Position numbers and translations under genes: made by a program. The notes below the pieces were generated by a model that saw only the letters and a list, made by a program, of their open reading frames with translations, was not told the DNA's origin and ran no database searches. DNA of 64,000 bases from Dimorphilus gyrociliatus (lineage: Eukaryota > Animalia > Annelida). The stretch covers positions 122,542-186,541 of the forward strand of contig CAJFCJ010000068.1 in assembly GCA_904063045.1 (NCBI GenBank), written 5' to 3'. This document shows, one piece after another, positions 1-12,060 of the stretch (position 1 is its first letter; the number at the start of each line of letters is the position of its first letter).

Positions 1-629
1 CTTCTTGTTTTGAAAATGAAAAAAATAGAATTACAAATGACAGTTAAAAATATTATTTAAATAAATATATACCTTTATCAATGAATTTTATTTTATTCGC
101 AATATTTGAATGTCCATTTTTAAAGAGAATTTTTTTCAATAAAATATCATTCTCATTCTGAAAATCAACTGACGCCAAAAGATTCTTATTGTAGATTCTA
201 CCTTCTCCGAATTTTATCTTCTGATTACCAAGAAAAAACCAATAGTTTTTCCATTCTTCGCACGAAATTAGATGATAAGAGTTTGAAAAGGTGATATTTT
301 GTTCAGGAATTTTAGTCTGTAAGATTGATATTCCTTTGTCATCCAAAGATCTCGTATCTAGCATTAGAGTGAAATATTCTCTTTGGCTATTTTCAAAGCT
401 AATGATAAATGAAGAACAATCATTGGGATTGTTATTCTCTATTCCTTTAATACCAAATCTAAAAGCCAAAAATTTTTCCCTCAGATTATATGGTAGAATG
501 TAAGTGACAAAATGCCATTAAGTTTGAATGTCAAAGATATGCTGATTTCCAACTGAAAGCAATCAAATTTAAATATAAAAATTCAACCGAAAAGTAACAT
601 AGCAGTAGGCCTTTTTCTATTTTTTTTTC

Positions 630-790
630 AATCACTGTACTGCGTTGTACGGTAATTGTAGGAATCTCGAGTTCATTACGATTGAATTCGTCCTCACCAA
701 TCATTTACCAATCTGCCAAAGTACTGGTCCAAATAGAACCTTTCAAATTCGTCCACAAGTAGTCTACAATAATCACAGGACATATATGTA
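630..790 (-). repeat. Dispersed repeat family member (IPTITxQxST motif)
   Basis: Aligns with about 1410-1660, 50500-50770, 52080-52210 and, with an internal deletion, with 17060-17150 and 27540-27630 inside the MITE. Confidence 0.7.
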
Positions 791-3700
791 TGCCACTTCG
801 ACAAACTACTACCACAGTACCCATTGATGATAGAACTTTAAGATAAACAGAAAACATCTTATAATTTTCAATTCATTAAGAGTTTCTTTTAAAGGGAGAG
901 AAGAGAGAGAGAGCTGTTTGATACAACTCATTCAAATTTTTCAATCATTTTAAACAGCACAGAAAACAGAAACTACAACCAAGTTGATATTGAAAACCTG
1001 AAGAGATTAATGAATATGCTCAATTATAGATATAAAATATGGGAGAATTTATCTCTGGAAGAGTTCAATACAAAAATAGATTCCCTATCAATAGATTCTC
1101 TAAAATCATTTATTTTCTATATAATGAGCCACTGCAATCATCAGGGTTTTGTTTTAAAGGACAAGCATAGCTACATTAAATATACCAATTTCCTTTATAA
1201 AATTACAAAAAAGAAGATATTGGAAAATTTCAATATTCCAATGACAAACACACTTTTAGATAGAAGACAAACAAAATTTCAAAAATATCTTTATGTTAAA
1301 AATAGGGAATGCATCCAGTGAAAGATCTTCACAGGAGTTTAGTCAGAGTTTACATTCATTTAAAAATAATAATAAGACGAATGAAGAGAACATTTTTGAA
1401 GGATATTCTACTTTGTTGTATTGTAATTGTAGGAATTTCTGGTTCGTCACAACTGTAATCGTCCTTTCCAATCATTTACCAACTTGCCAAAGTACTCAAA
1501 CAAATAGAACCTTTCAAGTTCGTTCACAAATAGTCTAACAAATGCAATTTCAGTAGAAATTAATCAACAAAACACCAGTATTTCGTCCAAAGAATATGTA
1601 TTGAGTAAATGAGTTTCTAGTTCTAAACAAGTAAGTTTAAACAACCAGTTAATGGTTAAAGAACTGAACTGACAAGCTGGGGAAAAGCATTTCCTTTTAT
1701 ACATTTCCAAAGCTTGGGTTCAAGCGGTCAACAGATTACAAAGTTGAAATCTGACATTATGGATTTTAATGTGAAAAGCTTTTTTTGAGAGATATTAGAT
1801 TATTCATAATGTTAATTATTTCTACTAAGCAACCATGTACACATTTGGGGGTTTTGTATTAAAACAGGAAAAGGAAATTGTATGCATATATTGATTGGCT
1901 CCATTCAGTGTGGAGCAAAATGCTCTATTGTTTCATTGAAAAATTTTAACAAAAGAAATCCAGCTGTCTTTTAGAGGAATGTAAGTGAAGTAGTATGCAC
2001 TTAGATACAGTGATATATCAGTATTTAGACTTGATAATTAAATGTACATCAGAAAGACTTATTTCGTATAAATTATAATTCTCAAGCTTTAGAAAGACTT
2101 TTATTTAGTAGAATTAGAGTCTAAATTAACAAAGGAATAAACAATATAGAAAAAATGCATGTCAAACTTGTTACATGTTTTTATTCAAAAACAGTTGTGG
2201 AAGAGGCAGCCTTGTTTTTGCAGTCCCATATGTTTGCCATAAGTCATGCAATAGTTTTTCATGTTTTTCTTATATGTGCATTGTGAGACCATTACATGTC
2301 AACTTCGTAATCTGTTGACCAAGTGAACCCAAGCTGACATTGATGATGAGTTAATGACAAACAAGGTTGTCCTGGACTGGAAAAATGTAGTAGCCAGAAT
2401 TCTAAGCCATTACAATGGAGAATCACAATTTGATATGACAATTAAAGGCCAAGCCTAAAGGCAAGTGTCTGTCCCCACAAGATCACCAAAGGAATGGTAT
2501 TGAAAATATAACAGTGGATCATATAGCTTCCCTTGGGAAGATGGTGAGGATAAGGCAGATACAGGGGAGAATTAGATTGTCGATTTTTCTTATTTTATTT
2601 TGTCAAACTGGGCATTTCCTTTGCACAGGCGTACTCAGTTTATTGAAAAGAATATCTGAGAAAGTGCAAGAAATTTCTCATTGCCTCTCACAATTTAGTA
2701 AGAACTAAATTTAACACACAAAGTCAATAATAGTTATAAGATTATTTGATCAAGTTAAAACTCCAACAAACAGATGGAAACCAAATAAACACATGGTCAT
2801 TGGACATGTATTAAAATTTTGGGAAGAGAATGAATATTTATTGATCAATACACTAAATAACAACAAAATTTCAAACAACATTCCACCCATGATTGTCAAA
2901 GGCTTGTTTTCATTTTTGGAATTATTTGAAGATCTACTTTAAGACTTTAATTTTTCATTCTTTTGTTAAGGGAAAAAAACCACACACAATGAAGACAAAA
3001 AACAAGTTTAACTTAAATTTCAATTGAAAAAGAATTTATTATCACGAGAAGAAAAATACTGAAATTATTTAACTTTTATTTCTTCTGTCAGATTTCCAAT
3101 GAAAAGCTTTTTTACATGGAAATTGCAAAGAATTTGTTTGTAATTTTATGGATTTCATTCCAACTATTTTTTGAGACAAAAAATACTTATCTTTCTGGTG
3201 ATATTTACTTAAATCTCACTAAAAGGCATTCCTATAAAGTTAAAGGAATTTTAATGGCAAAATTGTCAAATGACACTACAAATTATTACATAAGATATAA
3301 ACAATGATCTACCAGCTTTTCCAGAGAAATATGCAAAACATTAGGATACAATGATTTCCATTCAACTGCACTCATTCAAGATATATCTGAAGGGAATAGA
3401 TTCCTCATCTTGTATGATAGAGAAGCTGTTTGTTGTATATTGTAAGTATTAAAAGAAGAGGATTTTCTTTCTTTATTTCAAATTCAAATTCAAATAGCAC
3501 TTTGTTTCTTGATGGAAAACAAACAAAGACAAAAAATTCTGCTGTAGTTTTATCTTGCTTTTTAAAAAATGAGTCATCATGTAAGAGAGAGAGTAAACAT
3601 TAAATTTTCCATAAAAATTATGGTCCTTTCCCTTTGTTATCTAGTTTTGTTTTTTCATACATTTTCAAAGGGAAATAACTTTTTAACTACAAAATTAAAC

Positions 3701-4449
3701 AATATTTTTTATCATTTTCAGATCTATTTTCTTTGAAAATTGAACAAAGTAAATTTGTTGTATTTTTAAGAAAAAGTATGGAAAATTTTCTTGTTCAAGG
3801 AAATTTTCAATACAAAAATAATCTATGTAAATCAACTGAATTCTATTACATTAAACAAATTGAATATAACTGAAAAGTTGGTGTTTGTGTTAATGTGTTG
3901 AACAATGGAAATTATTCAATAGAAGAAGAATTGATAGATCTCAACAAGAAACTTGAATGTTCTTTTATAGAATTGAAAGGTAAATACTTTTTTTTTTAAA
4001 TTAGAGAAAAAAAGACTGTTCAAATAATTTTTTCTTTCTAAAAGATTTGGAATTAAATATTTACAATTCAAAGAGTTCATGGTTATTATTAAAAAAAAAG
4101 TACTATAGGATCATATAAAGTAAATGTAACACATTATCTAAAATCCAAAACTATTAGAATCTTTGTACCATTTTTTATGGCAACTATTGAAAAAAAACTT
4201 GCTTGTTCATACCTATGTTCACTTTTAAACAAGACAATAGAAACTGAAATATGTAGAGATTCCTAATATGATTTTGCAGTTAAATTCTTTCAACTATTTT
4301 CTTCATTTCTTATATTTTACAATAAATATTTTCCTTTATTTTTCCATGTTTTTTTACCAGGAAGGACAACCAGTTTTTAAAAATTATTTTCAGTTGATGG
4401 AATTTTAAAAGATGATATTCAATTTTTCACAATAAAAAACTCCAATAAA

Positions 4450-6310
4450 ATGTCTACTTTTGAAGGAATTCTAAAAGCAAGGATATTGAAAGATAATTCT
4501 GAATTTTTTGTCAGATATAACCTCGACATTCCAATTATAACATTAAACTCAATTTGCAAAAAATTAGGCTATAAATCTCTTCATTCTTTACATTTCCCAT
4601 GGAAAATATCTAAAAAGATGGCTGCTAATAATTCTAGTTTTGTACAAATTCTATACAATTTGAATTTTTCCTGTTATATGTAAATTTTTTGAGATCATTA
4701 AGAGAGGAAATATCACTGCCCATACTAACAGTTTCTATTGTTTTATCAGTAAAATATACAGGTACGGATGAAAGCGAGTGCAGTTGGTTTTCTGTTTTTT
4801 TACAATGCATAATGAACATATTTACAACAACCTTTTATTGCAATAGATCATCTTGCCCTTATGGACAATATCTGTGCCAAAGGGAAAAATATTGCATTTC
4901 TATTAAACAAATACGTGATGGAATAAGTGATTGTTGCCTTGGTGATGACAAATCAGTCTATTGTCAAAGCAGAAGTGATGAAATTCTTTGTTCATTACAA
5001 ACAATTGGGGAGGTGCCCAAGGTGGACAGTTGAAAATTTTAAATATTTAAAAAATATCAAAATTAAAGGTTCAATGCCAAAAAAATTTCTACAATCCTCT
5101 TTAGACTTAATGATTTTGAGTATTGAAGATGTTCAGTACAATTTTCACTTTTCATCCAATCTTTTTCTGAATTTGATTCATTTAAATCTCTTGAACATAA
5201 CAACCAAGAGTCTAGTGAACAATTTAAAATTCAACTCCTCCATGAAGCTATTACAATATCTGGACATTTCTAAAAATCCAATCATTAGCTTATCATTCCT
5301 CTCCTCTCACTTCAATTGTACAAATTTAAGATATTTGGATATTTCATCAACAAGCATCACTTTTTTGAAAAAATTCGATTTTAAATTATTACATGTCTTT
5401 TGGTGTTTTGGAATTACTGGCTTCCTGGGTAACACATTTGTCATTTTCTGGAACTTTGTTCTTGTAAAAGACTATAGGCTTTACCACCTACTCTTACTAT
5501 TTAGTGACATTTTAACCTCTTTCTACGTATTATTCATTGGGATAGCAGACGCCTATTTTTCAACATCCTATTTGGAGAAGGACGAAAATTGGAGAAATGG
5601 TCCCTTCAGCCAATTCTTAGGAGCGAATATGATATTTTTGCTAATCCTCTCCTCATTTAGCACAATACTACTAACGTTGGAGTTAATCCATTTTCAAAGT
5701 CAATATATGACAAACACACCTACAAATTTATATTCCCTTCAATAATATTCAGTTTAATCATTTCAAACATTCCATTTATTTATGATAAAAGAATACACAA
5801 TTCAACACCAATATGTTTCTATATACATATTAGAAAGGAACAGGGTCATTTCTGGATAATATCATTCATCCTTTTTGGAATAATAACACCGTTATTTAGC
5901 TTTATAATTGGATTTTTATATATAAATATTATAAGAACTTTGTCAAAATTTAGTAAAGCTTTCGAAAAAAATACAGGTAAAAGGACTGTAAAGAAAAGCA
6001 TCATAATTATAACAATTTCGAATATTTCAACCTGGACAATATTTTCAATATTAGGTTATTCTTTCATTTTCTCGCTTATAGGGCAGTGTAGATAAACAGG
6101 AAAATACCATTTTTAAGCCTAACCCTTTTGAAATATTTCACAGGAATAGCATCGTTCTTTTACAAGAATAAACTCAATAATAGTCAATTAGGCCTATTTG
6201 TTTCAATTTTGCTACCTTTAAATTCAATTTTAAATCCATTTTCTCTATCACTCAAAGAATATATAAGATATAGAAATATGAAGAAGATACTAAGTATTCA
6301 AGAAAGGTAG
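4450..6310 (+). pseudogene. LDLa + LRR + rhodopsin-type 7TM receptor (GRL101/RXFP-like LGR), frameshifted
   Basis: LDLa-like repeat CPYGQYLCQREKYCISIKQIRDGISDCCLGDD; LRR motifs LQYLDISKNPI and LRYLDISSTSI; TM1-3 FWCFGITGFLGNTFVI...LLFSDILTSFYVLFIGIAD...WRNG; TM7-like ILLPLNSILNPF at about 6200. Split over several frames; boundaries approximate. Confidence 0.75.
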
Positions 6311-6534
6311 GCAAGAATTGTTGCAATCACTCATTTCCTCCCTCTATACCACCATTGAACTCTCCTTTCAATCAGAGATTTTTTACTTGTAAAAGTGAGA
6401 AATGATACTCTTGACCGAGGTATTTCACCTTCTATACAACTTTACTTTTTTTTCTCTAATAAAAATCTATCTTCTCCAGTTTCTGACTTTTATAAAAGTT
6501 TATAAAGAGGTATTTTTCATTTATAGAAATATTC

Positions 6535-7169
6535 TGTACAACTTTGGTTATATTTTACATGCTTGAACTCTATTATTTTATGCAACATATACATGTACAT
6601 CTTAAAACCTACGCAAGAAAATGCTATAACATTGGCCAAACATAAGTCTGATTAGTCAGCTTGAAGGCTCATCTTTAATTACCAATAAAGGTTTGGCCAG
6701 GTTATAATTTAATTAACTTGCCTAGGGTGTGGCCAAGTTATAATTCAATTAACCTTCCTAAATGTTGAACCTTGTAACATCCTGTTACTAAAGATAAATA
6801 TGAACTACACATTTCGGCAACTGTAAAGTGATGATTGGATGTCAGAGACAAACCTCAAAGTATATAAATTCTCATTATTCTCATTTGGCATGCAGCTTCC
6901 ATCTGGACCCAAGGACCTGGGAAAATCATCTGGAAACAACCTCCACTGGAACCATCCATCTACTCCTCAACATTGGAAGACAGTTTGGTAATTTGGCAAC
7001 CTGCTATTACAAACTATCTACTCTGCTATTGAACTCTCATATTGTTACTTGCTTAAGTATTATTATTGCGAATAAACCATTTTAATTTAAACATTTGTTT
7101 AAAGGTTCGAGTAGAACCAGTATTGTTATAACTTGCAAACGCATAGATTTTGCCAGCAAGAGCAGTACA
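6535..7169 (+). repeat. 5' LTR of copy 1 (635 bp)
   Basis: Matches 15165-15799 with about 4 substitutions seen by eye; contains TATATAAA (about 6861), AATAAA (about 7071) and two internal ~38-bp direct repeats. Confidence 0.95.
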
Positions 7170-7173
7170 AATT

Positions 7174-7191
7174 TGGCGCAGTCGACAGGAT
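7174..7191 (+). promoter_or_regulatory. Primer-binding site, probably tRNA-Ser
   Basis: TGGCGCAGTCGACAGGAT lies 4 bp after the LTR and resembles the complement of the 3' end of eukaryotic tRNA-Ser. Confidence 0.75.
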
Positions 7192-7229
7192 ATTCTTTTG
7201 GTTTATTCAAAAGTTTTGAGAAAGTAAAT

Positions 7230-8251
7230 ATGGCAGAAGGAGGAAATGGAAACGCCACTGGGGCAGTTACAGACTCTAACCCTTCAACCCAGCAACTCCA
7301 ACAATTACAATTCAGCCAGCAGGAATGTCAGAAAGGCAACAAAGACTAATTGAAGACTATGATAGATTGGTGAGTGAAATGAAAAGAAATCGAATCACAA
7401 TTCCAACAGATCATGGAGATGGAACACATCACCCAGCACAGAACCCAAATGTTGATATCACAACAGTAATTCAAGCATTAAGGGCTGCTTGGGACCGCCC
7501 TCAAAGAACTATTCTCAAGTTGTATGATGGAAGCAAGGAGTGTTCAAAATTCAAAGAAGACTTTAATCAGGCATGTTATGCTTATGGTTGGATAGGAGAA
7601 GATGTTGTGAAAGCAAATCTTTTAGATTATTTAACTGGTCCTGCAAAGGATTTGGTGTTGGCTCTGGATGGAGAGCCTACTGTGGAGGAAATATGGAAAG
7701 CCCTCCATGACGAATTTGATCTAGATCCTTTGGAGTATCAGGAGAAATTGCTTAACTTAAAGCAAATGAATGGCGAAAGTGTGGTTCAGTTTGTTAATAG
7801 AGCAAAGAAATTGATAAAGAGGTTTTCTCCACCTAGACCAATGGAACCACAATTGCTTGCAACTATGAAGAAATAAAACTGATGGAAAGTTTTACAAAGA
7901 GGATTACAACAGGATATTCTACATTTAGTGTACACCTTACATCCTAAATGTCAAACATTGGCAGAACTATATGAGGCTGCTAAGCAAGCAGAAACTTCAT
8001 TAAAACTAACTCAAAGAAAACCGATCACAATGGTGTCAAAATTGGAAACTCAACAAAGAAAAGAGACCAAAAAGACCCAGGTAATCAGAAAAGATGCTTC
8101 TACAGAAACCCCAAATTTCTGGAATAGAAAGCATGTACCTGACAACAAAAATGCTACTAAAGAAAAGTTTTCAAGCCAAAAAGTCCAAAGTATGCACCAA
8201 CTACAACAAATAGGTATTATAAGAAAAATCAACCAGCAAAGACGATACTGA
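7230..8251 (+). CDS. gag: Gag (frameshifted in this copy)
   Basis: ATG at 7230 (MAEGGNG); ORFs 7325-7876 and 7928-8251 carry retrotransposon-gag-like motifs (KANLLDYLTGPAK, LKQMNGESVVQFVNR); expected position after the PBS. Confidence 0.8.
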
Positions 8252-8399
8252 AAGAGGAACCTAAGCTACAAAAATTAGAAACATTAGACAATGAAAGCAT
8301 GTCAGAAAACGACGAAGTCAAGATATTCTCTGTTTTTCAGATAGTGACGAATCCACTTGTCAGCTGTTACAAAGCAAACAATCTGAGCGAAATGCTTCA

Positions 8400-11300
8400 A
8401 CATTTATTGGACAATTTGAAACTAATACTGGTTTTAAGTTTGATGCCTTGATAGACTCTGGTAGTGACAGATCTTTCATTTCAAAAAAGGTATTAAGACA
8501 AGTTCAAGGAAAAGCATCCTTCCCAGAACAAACTGTGAAAAATGCTAGAGATGCTTCAGGAAATAGCATCGAGATATGTGGAGAAATCATTCTCAGACTT
8601 TATTTTAATGAAAAGATTATTACAACNTATTGGGTGTGACTTTCTACAACAAAATGGAGCTACCTTGACTTTGGCAGAGACAGATTATACTCCAGCAGGT
8701 ACAGAAAAGAATTACCCTGTTGGAACACACTTATCTTTCAAAGGGTTTTACCCAGTTCCTCTTATTATGAAAAAGAATGAGAGTCAAATACATACCCTTC
8801 AGACAACAATTGAACAAGAAAATCCCGAGATGAAGAACAAAGTTACCCAAATTCTGGCAAAATATAAAGAAACTATTGCAGAAGACAGATTTGATATTGG
8901 CAATCCAGAGGTACCACCCTTGGAAATAACTCTTGAACCAGGTTCAACACCATATAGACAAGGCCATATAGAATGCCTCCTCAAAAACAAGAAGAATGTA
9001 AGCAACAGATAGCTGAATTGGTAAAAAGCAAAGTTATTCAACCAAGCAAGAGCAATTGGGCTTCACCAATTGTTTTCGTAAGAAAGAAGGAAGGTAGTCT
9101 ACGAATGTGTGTAGATTATAGAAAACTAAACAAAATGACAGTTAAAAACAAGTATCCACTGCCAAATCAAGATGATCTTTTTGACCATTTGGGAGGAGGA
9201 AATAAATTCTTTTCTACAATGGATTTGACAAGTGCATACCACCACATTAACATCAAGAAAGAAGATAGGTCTAAAACAGCATTTATTACACCTTTTGGCT
9301 TGTTTGAATTTATTAAGATGCCTTTTGGATTAACCAATGCCCTCCTCATTTTAGTTATGTAATGAATTCATTTGTGCTAAAGGATGTAAAGCATTTGTGC
9401 CTAAACTACCTTGATGACATAATAATATTTACCAAGTCGCTGGACCAACATTGGGAAGCATTGGAGACCATTCTTCAACAGATTCAAAAGTACAATTTTA
9501 AGATTAAACTAAGTAAATGTGTGTTTTTGAAAGAACAAGTTCAATTCTTGGGACACATTGTATCAGAAAAGGGGATTGAAACAGATAAGTCCAAGACAGA
9601 TAAATTATATAATTTACAGCCACCAGTGTTTGCAAATTCACTACTAAGCTTTGTTGCATTTTGTGGCTATTACAGAAAATTTATACAAGATTTTGCAAGA
9701 GTAGCTAAACCTCTGTATATGTTAATGAAATACATGGGAAAAAGGATAAATTGCAATGGACTGAGGAAGCCAAGCAATCATTTTTCAAGTTGAGAGATGC
9801 AGTAGTTAACCCTCCTGTATTACAACTACCTGATTTTGCTAAAGATTTTCACTTAACAACAGATGCATCGAATGTAGCTGTAGGAGGAGTTCTTGAACAA
9901 GTTTATGTAGATGAGAATGGGAAGAAAACAATGAAACCCATTGCCTACGCTTCAAAACAATTCAACAATAATCAAATGAAATATGCAGCCTATCAAAAGG
10001 AAGCATTTGGGTTTACTGGGTTGTAAAGAAATTTTTACATTACCTTCAAGACAAGCCATTCTTTTTATATACTGACCATCAGAGTCTAGTACAACATTTA
10101 AGCAAAACAAATTGAATGTCAGCACAGCAAAATGGGTCATGGCTTTAATGGATTTAAAATTTACAATTAACTATGTGACAGGACGAAAAAATAGAGCAGA
10201 TGCATTAACAAGATTAGAAGAATATACACCCCAAGGAAAGTAACATTTGAAGAGCTAATTCATGGAAAGATCAAAAAGGAGAATTCTCCCTCTATTTCAG
10301 TTAAAATGGAACAGTATGAACATACACCAGAGTTAACTTTTGTAGCTACCAGTGATAACAGTGAAGAGAAAATTGATTTGTCTTCTGTTGACTTACAGTC
10401 AGAGCAAGAAAAAGATGTGAATTTAAAATCAATTAAAGAATATTTAACATTGGATGGTCAGCTACCTATTCCTTATTTTGGAACTTTTACACCTTTCATA
10501 ATGGAGATGTTTGTTCACAAGGAAATGATCTGGATTATCCTTGAAGAAAGAAACATTCTGGTTTTACCTGACCATTTGATGCTAACTCTGCTCCCTAAAT
10601 TCCATAAAAATAAAATTCACAATCACCATGGACCCAGAATGACATTACAAATAATTACAAAGACCTTTTGGCACCCAAAATTAAAGATTATGATTGAGAA
10701 TTCAATAAAGGATTGCACTTTGTGTGAACAAATGAATGGTAGGAGTAGAGTATACCTTTGGTAGAAACCTTTCACCCTGCATCACCAATGGAGTTGGTAG
10801 CCATGGATATAATGGGACCCTTACCCATGGTTAAGTCATACAGATTCATACTTGTGATAGTGGATCATTTCAGTAGATACACAGTTTTATATGCACTCAA
10901 ACAGCAAACCAGTAAAGAAATTGCAAACCTTCTTTTCAACAGATTTTTTCCCATTTTTGGAATTCCAAAACAAATGTTGACAGATCAAGGAAGAAACTTT
11001 GTTGGTAAAGCTTTTAAAGAGTTTATGAAGGTATTAGGTATTGAGAAAATCCAAACAACAGCTTATAGAAGCCAGAGCAATGGACTAGTTGAACGAAGAA
11101 ATAGAGAAGTGAGGAAGGAAATCAATAAATTAGTGGTGGAAGAAAATCAGCATAACTGGGTTGCAAACCTACCCTTGATTCAAGCATTTTTGAATCAATC
11201 ACCTGTAGGAAGTACAGACTACCACCCCAGGAACTTCTTTTTGGCACCAGCACAAGAACACTGGATTGATGTAACAATGCCATACTACCTCTCCTGAAAC

Positions 11301-11580
11301 AAATGTACTATTTGTATTCAATCACCAGCAGCAATTAGTACAGTTAAGAGCTACAGCCTTCTGTAAATCCATCATGGCAAAAGAACAATATAGGGAAAGA
11401 AAGAATAGAAATCTCAATCTTCCAAAATATTTTGAGGTTGATGATGAAGTATTCTTAAGAAAATGATGCTGCAAGAATTGCAATAACAAAAATCCCTTCT
11501 TTAAAATGGTTAGGCCCATACCGAATAACAAAAGTCAATCATCAAAAGTGGATATATGAAATACAAATGGATGATATACA
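8400..11580 (+). CDS. pol: Pol: protease 1, RT, RNase H, integrase with GPY/F (frameshifted)
   Basis: LIDSGS; SNWASPIVFVRKKEGSLRMCVDYRKLN; MPFGL; YLDD; TTDASNVAVGGVL; HHG...CTLC; MDIMGP/VDHFSR/TDQG/NGLVERRN; KWLGPYRI. Confidence 0.93.
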
Positions 11581-11729
11581 TGCAAGTTGGTACATGGTAG
11601 CAGATTAAGACTAGCCAATGAATCTAATAAGTTGGAAACAGGGAAAGAAGCAACAACAATCTTTCACCTTGTGGAGAAGGAAATAACACACCTCCAATAT
11701 CTTTCTCAGGTAGAAGGAAGAAATGACTT

Positions 11730-12060
11730 CCAATTCCGTTTGAAGAATCAAAAAGGCCAAGAAGTCATTGCCTTGTGTGACACAGGAGCATTGAGATCCT
11801 TTATTACTGAAAAAGAAATCAAGTTAATGGATTTACAATTATGGATAAAGAAACAATTGGCTTACCAATTATAACTTCAGCTGATGGGAAAGCTTTAAAG
11901 CAAAAAGGAAGCGTAAAGCTGAATATCCAATTTGCTGGAGAAAGTATGGAACAGAATTTATAGTTATGGAAAATCTAGACATAGCAATAATACTTGGTTG
12001 TGATTTCCTACAAACTGTGGGAGCAAACCTCAATTTTGAAGCTAAACAGTGTTCTCTCAA
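11730..12060 (+). CDS. Second retropepsin-like aspartic protease (PR2) downstream of integrase
   Basis: VIALCDTGALRSFI (Asp codon at 11779) ... IILGCDFLQTVGANL; uninterrupted and in frame with integrase in copy 2 (ORF 61857-63497). Confidence 0.88.

Noticed and set aside
6828-7085. 85-aa ORF repeated three times (also 15458-15715 and 58706-58963)
   Set aside because: It lies inside the LTR, starts at GTG and has no motif; it stays open only because the LTRs are nearly identical.
7325-11966. Programmed ribosomal frameshifts between the many gag/pol ORF pieces
   Set aside because: Where the two copies overlap, the breaks are private 1-bp indels, often in homopolymers, which fits read error or decay. 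A true gag-pol frameshift near 8250-8340 cannot be excluded.
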